Assembly (NCBI RefSeq): GCF_004353825.1 | Contig: NZ_SMNA01000004.1 | Location: 124,001 to 188,000, forward strand | Direction of reading: 5' to 3' | DNA length: 64,000 bases | Origin: Occultella glacieicola | GTDB lineage: Bacteria; Actinomycetota; Actinomycetes; Actinomycetales; Beutenbergiaceae | Part shown: one piece after another, positions 58,350 to 64,000 of the stretch | Layout: every line of letters begins with the position of its first letter | Numbering within the stretch: position 1 is the stretch's first letter | Made by a program: the position numbers and the translations under genes | Notes under the pieces: generated by a model | What the model was told of the DNA's origin: nothing | Seen by the model: the letters and a program-made list of their open reading frames with translations, nothing else | The model's database searches: none

Positions 58350-59287
58350 CGGTCCACCTCGAATCGCCGCAGGGCCCCCAGCTGCACCATCGCGAACGCG
58401 AACACGATCATGGTCAGCACCAGGGCGATCGCCGCGGAGTAGCCGAACCGCCCGGACACGAAGGCCTCCTTGTACATGATCACGGACAGGGTCTCGGTCG
58501 AATAGCCCGGGCCGCCGCCGGTCATCGCGAACACCTGGTCGAACAGTTTCAGGCTGCTGATCAGGGTCAGGGACATCGCGACCGTGGTGGCCGGGATCAG
58601 CAGCGGCACCGTGATCAGGCGGGTGCGCTGCCACCAGGTCGCACCGTCCAGTTCCGAGGACTCGTTCAGCTCGGCCGGGATACCCTGCAGCCCGGCCAGG
58701 TAGATGACCATGGTCAGACCGGCGTTCTGCCAGATGACCACGCCGATCACGGTCCACAGCGCGAGCGAGCTCTCCCCGAGCCAGTTCTGGGCCAGGAAGT
58801 CGAGCCCGACCGCCCGCAGCACCGTGTTCAGCGGCCCCTGCGGCGTCAGGATGAACGTCCACAGGAACGCGATGATCACCGGCGGCAGCATGGCGGGGGC
58901 GAAGAACAGCGTCCGCAGCACGTTGCGGGTCACCAGCGAGGAGTGCAGCACGAGCGCCAGGCCCAGCCCGACGAGCGTCTGCACCGCCGTCACCGTCACG
59001 GCGATGATCAGCGAGTTCCGGAGCGCCGAACGGGCCGCCACGTCGGAGAGGATCTCCGCGAAGTTCTCCAGCCCGATGAACGTGGTGCCATCGGCCCGGC
59101 CGCTCCAGTCCGTGAACGCGTACAGCGCCCCGGACAGCGTCGGGTACAGCACCACCAGCGCGTACAGGACGAACGCCGGCAGCAGCAGCGCGTAGGGGAC
59201 CCCGGCCGGGGTGAGGCTCCGCCTGCTGCCCGACGGCGCGGGCTGGGTCGGTCGTGGGGGCGTCGCCGTGGTCACGGCTGAGGTCAC
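58346..59287 (-). CDS. Carbohydrate ABC transporter permease (MalF-like)
   Basis: FIGLENF, IYLAGLQGIPAELNESSELDGA, TGGGPG. GTGA overlap with the binding-protein gene. Confidence 0.93.
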   Translation of the reverse strand: MTSAVTTATPPRPTQPAPSGSRRSLTPAGVPYALLLPAFVLYALVVLYPTLSGALYAFTDWSGRADGTTFIGLENFAEILSDVAARSALRNSLIIAVTVTAVQTLVGLGLALVLHSSLVTRNVLRTLFFAPAMLPPVIIAFLWTFILTPQGPLNTVLRAVGLDFLAQNWLGESSLALWTVIGVVIWQNAGLTMVIYLAGLQGIPAELNESSELDGATWWQRTRLITVPLLIPATTVAMSLTLISSLKLFDQVFAMTGGGPGYSTETLSVIMYKEAFVSGRFGYSAAIALVLTMIVFAFAMVQLGALRRFEVDR

Positions 59288-60618
59288 GGCGTCCCCTTCG
59301 CGTACTCGGCGTCCATCTGGGCGAGCAGGTCGGGGATCGTGATCTCGTCCGCATACAACTGCTGGCCGGACTGCAACATGGTCTGCTGCACGTCGCCGTT
59401 GGGCCACAGGTAGTTCGCGTACGGCACGGTCCGGCCCTCGTCCACCAGCGGGAGGACCGGCTCGAGGGAGGGGTTGTCGACGACGGCGCCGACGTCCAGG
59501 CCGGGGAGCACCGCGAGCGTGTTCGCGTAGGTCTCCACGTTCCCGGGACCGGCGAGGAAGTCCAGGAGCGCCCGGGCGCCGTCGGGGTTCTTCGCCGCGG
59601 CGTTGACAGCCAGGAAGTCCGGCGCGGTCGGCAACAGGGTCGCCCCGGCGTCGTCGCTCGACGGCATCGCAACGATCGAGAACGCCTCCGCCCCGGACTC
59701 GGAGTACTCGAACAGCGCGGGCAGGCCCGAGTTCGTGAGCACGGTCATCCCGGCGGCCCCGGTGGCGAGATCCTGCATCGCCTGGTCCGGCGGGACCCCG
59801 AGCGCGCCCTCGGTGAAGAAGCCCTTGTCCCGTAGTTCCAGGTACTTCGTGAACACCTCGGTCCAGCCGGGCTCGTCGCTGAAGGACGTCTCGCCCGCGC
59901 GCATCTGGGCGTCGAGGTCCGGGTTGGGCCCGTACAGGAGCGTGCCGGCGAAGATGTACACATAGAACTGCAGGTAGATCGCGCCGCCGGAGAGTCCGTG
60001 CGAGATCGCGGTTCGCCCGGAATCGGTCAGCGCCTGGGACACCTCGAGGAGCTCGGGCCAGGTCGTCGGCGGCTCGAGCCCCAGTTCGGCGAAGACGGCC
60101 AGGTTGTAGGCCAGCACGAGGGAGTTGCGGGCCACGGGGAACGCGTAGGTCTTGCCGTCCACGTCGGAGAGGGCGCGGGTGCCGTCGTCGATGTCGCCGG
60201 TCCAGGCCGCGTCGGAGAGGTCGAGCAGGTCCCCGCTGCTGCCGAGCACGCCGGCGGCCACGTTGGAGGAGTAGCCGGGGGAGACCCGGAAGAGGTCGGC
60301 GGCGGTGCCGGAGGAGAGCTGCACCGGCAGTTGCTGGTTCATGTCCGGCACGGCCACGGATGCGATGTCGAGCTCGATGCCGGTGTCCGCGGTGAACGGC
60401 TCGACCAGCGGTTCGATGCCGGTGTTCTGCTCGGTGGACAGGTAGGCCGTGACCGTGCCACCGCCCGAACCGGACCCGGACTCCTCACCCGAGCCTCCGC
60501 CGTCGTCATTCACGAAGCCGCCGCAGCCGGCGAGGGTGAGGGCACCGAACCCGGCGCCGCCGAGGAGCAGGGCGCGGCGCGAGGGGGTGAAGCGCGAGTG
60601 CGAGGTGATGGGGGACAT
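59284..60618 (-). CDS. Carbohydrate ABC substrate-binding lipoprotein (Tat signal)
   Basis: SRRALL twin-arginine, lipobox LAGC, DGKTYAFP, PPTTWPEL. Confidence 0.92.
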   Translation of the reverse strand: MSPITSHSRFTPSRRALLLGGAGFGALTLAGCGGFVNDDGGGSGEESGSGSGGGTVTAYLSTEQNTGIEPLVEPFTADTGIELDIASVAVPDMNQQLPVQLSSGTAADLFRVSPGYSSNVAAGVLGSSGDLLDLSDAAWTGDIDDGTRALSDVDGKTYAFPVARNSLVLAYNLAVFAELGLEPPTTWPELLEVSQALTDSGRTAISHGLSGGAIYLQFYVYIFAGTLLYGPNPDLDAQMRAGETSFSDEPGWTEVFTKYLELRDKGFFTEGALGVPPDQAMQDLATGAAGMTVLTNSGLPALFEYSESGAEAFSIVAMPSSDDAGATLLPTAPDFLAVNAAAKNPDGARALLDFLAGPGNVETYANTLAVLPGLDVGAVVDNPSLEPVLPLVDEGRTVPYANYLWPNGDVQQTMLQSGQQLYADEITIPDLLAQMDAEYAKGTP

Positions 60619-60654
60619 GGGGGCCTCTCCTTCGAGGGTCGGGATGGGGGCTGA

Positions 60655-61992
60655 TCAGCTGACGTGGGTCCGGTCCGGGGTGGCCAGTTCGGTCGAGGAG
60701 GACTGGGCCTCGGTGCGCGGTGCGTCCGGGTCGCCGGGCACGATCGCGCCGTGCGCGCGCAGGGCCGCGCGGACGTCCTCGATGGGCACGTCCACCGCGG
60801 CAGCCGCGGAACCGGCGGCGAGCGCGGTGATGGCGCCGGCGGCCTGCCCCATCGCCATGCAGGACGCCTGCACCCGGTAGGCGGAGTTCGCGTCCTGGTC
60901 GCCCGCGATGGCCCGGCCGGCGACCACGAGGTTCGTGCTGCCGCGCGGGATCATCGCGCCACGGGGGATCGTCGGGAACGTGCCGAACGTGAGCGGCCGG
61001 ATGTCGATGCCGTCGCCGTCGTGGTTGTGCACGTCGATCGGGTAGAAGCTGAAGCTCACCGCGTCGTCCCAGAGGCGGCCGTTCGTGTAGTCGACGGCTG
61101 TGACGCGGGTCAGCCCGTCGATCGTGTACGTCTCCCGGACGCCGGTCTCGATCGCCCACCGGTCCACGGTGAGCCCCTCGAGTCCGGGCAGGGCGCGTAG
61201 GAAGTTGTGCACGCGCATCAACGTGCGGCGGCCGGCGAGCTCGGCGGCGGTCTTCGCGGCGGACGTGCCGCCCTCGATCCCGGGGACGTGGATCGCGTTC
61301 TCGCCGTGGTTGCGCAGGAACTTGTGCATCGGCTTCGTGAACAGCTGGAGGTCGCCCGGCACCAGGTCCCCGGCGTCGATCGCGCGCTCGTACGCCGCGT
61401 CGAGGACCTCGTAGTCCAGGGTCTTCGGGTCGTAGCCGCCGAACCGGACCATGATCGTGCCGGGCTGCCGGTTCGGGTTCGCGTGCCGGGGCAGGCCGGC
61501 GTGGGCGACCACGTCCGCGTCCCCGGTGGCGTCCACGAGCATCGTGGTGGTGAGGTCGATCAACCCCTCCTTGGTGCACAGGGTCACGTCCCACCCGGTC
61601 GAGCTCCGGCGCACCCGCGCGACCATCGTGTGCAGCAGCAGGTCCGCGCCGGAGGCGACCACGGTCTCGTCGATCACGGACGCGTAGATCGCGGGGCTGA
61701 CCGGAACCTGGAGCTTGTAATGGGGCAGTTCCCACTGCGTGAAGTCGGGGAGCTCACGCCCGGTGAGCGCCACGGAGCGGCGCACCATGTCCCAGCCGAT
61801 GCCGGCGATGATCTGCCGGCCCCACGCGTGGAACAGGCCGGGCAGTGCGACGCCGGCCACGGTGGTGGTGCCGCCGAGGGCGCCGTTCTTCTCGACCAGC
61901 AGGGTGCGGGCGCCCAGCCGGGCCGCCTGGACCGCGGCGGGGCAGCCGGCGGGGCCGCCGCCGATCACGATCACGTCGTAGTGCTCGGTCAC
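60655..61992 (-). CDS. FAD-dependent oxidoreductase (FAD_oxidored/PF12831-like)
   Basis: DVIVIGGGPAG, LGGTTT, VDATGDAD, GVRET, IDVH, IPRGAMIP, NLVVAGR, RVQASCMAMGQAAG. GGAGG SD with a GTG start. Confidence 0.9.
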   Translation of the reverse strand: MTEHYDVIVIGGGPAGCPAAVQAARLGARTLLVEKNGALGGTTTVAGVALPGLFHAWGRQIIAGIGWDMVRRSVALTGRELPDFTQWELPHYKLQVPVSPAIYASVIDETVVASGADLLLHTMVARVRRSSTGWDVTLCTKEGLIDLTTTMLVDATGDADVVAHAGLPRHANPNRQPGTIMVRFGGYDPKTLDYEVLDAAYERAIDAGDLVPGDLQLFTKPMHKFLRNHGENAIHVPGIEGGTSAAKTAAELAGRRTLMRVHNFLRALPGLEGLTVDRWAIETGVRETYTIDGLTRVTAVDYTNGRLWDDAVSFSFYPIDVHNHDGDGIDIRPLTFGTFPTIPRGAMIPRGSTNLVVAGRAIAGDQDANSAYRVQASCMAMGQAAGAITALAAGSAAAAVDVPIEDVRAALRAHGAIVPGDPDAPRTEAQSSSTELATPDRTHVS

Positions 61993-62828
61993 GTGGATTC
62001 CTCCGCAGTCTTTCGGGTGACGGCACCCAGCAGCGCCGAGAGTTCGGCGGCCGACTCGACGACGGCGGTGCGCAGCGCCTCCGCATGCAGCGGTGAGTGC
62101 CGAACGGACGGGTAGCCGACGCACAGGGCGGCGATGGTGCGTCCGGTGTGGTCGCGGACCGGCGCGGCGACCCCGCACACGCCCGGCTCCTCCTCCTCGA
62201 AGTTCGTCGCGTATCCCTGCGCCAGCACCTGCTCGACCAGGTCGTCGAGCTCCGCCGGGGTGCGGTCGAGGGCAGCCCGCCAGGGCGCTCCCTCGAGCAT
62301 CGCGGCCCGTCTCGCGGCGCTCTGCCCGGCGAACAGGATCTTCCCGGCGGCCGTGCGGAACGGCAGGGCGGCGCCGTCGTCGGTGAACCGGGCGACCGTC
62401 GGGTTGATGTTCAGCAGTTGCTGGCTGACCAGGACGGACAGGTCGACCCGCCGGGCGTCCTTGAGGACGGACAGGTGCACGGTCTCGTCGGTGGCGAGCC
62501 ACAGTTCCCGCAGCACCGGTGCGGCCACGGACGCCAGATCGGACTGCTCCACGTAGGCGCGGTTCAGCTGGAAGAACGTGGGTCCGAGCAGGTAGCGCCG
62601 CTCCGGCTCCGACTGGCGCACCAGGCCATGGGTGACGAGCGCGCTCAGCAGGGTACGTCCCGTCGAGGGTCGGAGGCCGACGGCGGTGGTCAGGTCCTTG
62701 AGGGCGAGTCCGCCCGGTCCGGCGTCGGCCAGGGCATGCAGAAGCGCGACCGAGCGGTCGATGACCTGGATCGGGCTGCGCGGGGTGCCCTGGGCTGCCC
62801 CGGGTGGGGCGGTCGCGTCGTCGGTCAT
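61989..62828 (-). CDS. IclR-family transcriptional regulator
   Basis: IQVIDRSVALL, HTH, ETVHLSV, TAAGKILFA, GVCGVAAPV. GAGGAGG SD. Confidence 0.92.
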   Translation of the reverse strand: MTDDATAPPGAAQGTPRSPIQVIDRSVALLHALADAGPGGLALKDLTTAVGLRPSTGRTLLSALVTHGLVRQSEPERRYLLGPTFFQLNRAYVEQSDLASVAAPVLRELWLATDETVHLSVLKDARRVDLSVLVSQQLLNINPTVARFTDDGAALPFRTAAGKILFAGQSAARRAAMLEGAPWRAALDRTPAELDDLVEQVLAQGYATNFEEEEPGVCGVAAPVRDHTGRTIAALCVGYPSVRHSPLHAEALRTAVVESAAELSALLGAVTRKTAEEST

Positions 62829-62903
62829 GGGCGTCACCTCCTCGTCGGGGTTCGGTCGGTTCTCGATCGGTTGTGCTCGCGGGTGCTCGCATGTCCTATC
62901 ACT

Positions 62904-62920
62904 GTTCGACATTATCGAAC
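62904..62920. promoter_or_regulatory. Palindromic operator, probably for IclR
   Basis: GTTCGA-CATTA-TCGAAC in the divergent intergenic region. Confidence 0.6.
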
Positions 62921-63027
62921 TGCTTGCGACACTATGGCGTAATCCGACGGTAGCGGCTACGTTTGAAACGTGTCAACGCAACGGGGCTGACTTGGTCCCG
63001 TGCCAGCCGCTCTCGGAAGGGCAGTCG

Positions 63028-64000
63028 ATGTCGACCTCACCCACCGTCCGTCGCCCACGCCGCCGCGCCGTGCTGCTCGGCGGCCTCGCCACCGTCGGCG
63101 CCGCCGCCGGTTCGGTGTTCGCCGGGGCCCCGTTCGCGCTGCCTGCGCACGGTGCCCCGTCCTCCGCCGGTCCGCTGCCCCCTGTGGCTGCGCTTCCCGA
63201 CGGTCAGCCGGACCGGACCTCCTTCGAACCCGCCGAGCAGCGGTTCGCGACCTTCCTGGTCACGCTCGCCGACATCGCCAACGACGTCGACGACACCGAC
63301 ACCGAACTGCGTGGCTTCATCCACGGGGGCTGGTGGCGCAGCCCTGCCGAACCGTTCAACGCCCGCATCAGCGAACTCGTGTACGTGCTCGCCTGGTTCG
63401 TCACGACCGAACGGTCGTGGAACCCGTACGTGGGGGATCCGGCGCTGCTGGCCCGGCTGGACGCGGCGCTCGACCACTACCTGCGGCTGCAGCACGAGGA
63501 CGGCTCCTGGCCGGAGTACGAACCTCAGGAGCGCTCCAGGGCGGCCACCGCGTTCGCGCTCGGCTACCTGAGCAAGACCCTGGCGCACCTGCGCGCCGCG
63601 GACCTGCTGCCGCAACGGCGGGCCGCGCTCAGCACGGCGATGTACGCCGCCATGACCTGGTTCCTCGACCCGGCGAACACCGGCATCTGGCAACCCGAGC
63701 GGGTCGAGTTCGTGAACCAGCCCATGGCCGGGCTGGCCGGTGCGGCGAAGGCCCTGACGCTCGACCCGGACCCGGCGCTGCAGGCCCTGTTGAGAAACCG
63801 TGTCGACTACCTCGCCGCGCACGGGCAGAGCCCAGCCGGGTTCCTCTACGAGCCCCGCGGGATGGACATCGCCTACAACCTGAACGTGACCCTCACCGAG
63901 GTGATCGAGATCCACGAGGCCCTCGGCCACCCGGTGCTGCTGCCGTTGGTGCGTCGCCTCGCGGACTGGCTCGGATACGCGAACGTGCCCGAGCCCGACG
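63028..64000 (+). CDS. Tat-secreted protein with probable alpha/alpha-toroid fold (lyase/hydrolase-like), truncated by the window end
   Basis: Absent from the ORF track because it has no stop in the window. ATG 63028 with GGAAGG SD. Reads MSTSPTVRRPRRRAVLLGG...AHG, then LQHEDGSWPEY, VNQ and GQSPAGFLYE motifs. Confidence 0.75.
   Translation, partial: MSTSPTVRRPRRRAVLLGGLATVGAAAGSVFAGAPFALPAHGAPSSAGPLPPVAALPDGQPDRTSFEPAEQRFATFLVTLADIANDVDDTDTELRGFIHGGWWRSPAEPFNARISELVYVLAWFVTTERSWNPYVGDPALLARLDAALDHYLRLQHEDGSWPEYEPQERSRAATAFALGYLSKTLAHLRAADLLPQRRAALSTAMYAAMTWFLDPANTGIWQPERVEFVNQPMAGLAGAAKALTLDPDPALQALLRNRVDYLAAHGQSPAGFLYEPRGMDIAYNLNVTLTEVIEIHEALGHPVLLPLVRRLADWLGYANVPEPD

Noticed and set aside
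62904..62920. Palindrome as a LexA box
   Set aside because: The half-sites are in the reverse order (GTTCGA...TCGAAC) with a 5-nt spacer. It fits an IclR-type operator better.

Overview
High-GC chromosomal window from an actinobacterium. A Micrococcales-type host is inferred from gene content (mycothiol-dependent dehydrogenase, SCO1664/DUF3090 cluster, DUF222-HNH, PafBC-type promoters); the species cannot be called. About 57 protein genes are supported, mostly housekeeping and accessory metabolism: two NarL-type two-component systems, a divergent citrate-synthase pair, mscR with an MBL hydrolase, an ABC-2 exporter, SAM-riboswitch-controlled metF-metE, a TM0106 nuclease-helicase, ectABC, hglS with an ALDH7, an LPXTG beta-helix surface protein, a GH42, a YciI-YciI-ECF42 operon, and an IclR/FAD-oxidoreductase/sugar ABC locus facing a Tat-secreted toroid protein. 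I saw no rRNA, tRNA, CRISPR array, transposase or prophage. The leading observations are: (1) a P4-less SAM riboswitch whose P1 contains the SD of an 11-codon leader ORF that overlaps the metF start (ATGA); (2) an orphan gene with the LQRxxGNxAV...VQR signature I associate with contractile-injection effectors; (3) a multi-hairpin intergenic RNA candidate with C-rich loops (6C-like); (4) an HTH-citrate-synthase fusion with a likely operator; (5) exact PafBC motifs and a near-consensus LexA box at two nuclease genes; (6) recurrent 9-nt repeat expansions inside unrelated enzymes. All family calls come from motif recognition by eye, not from database searches.
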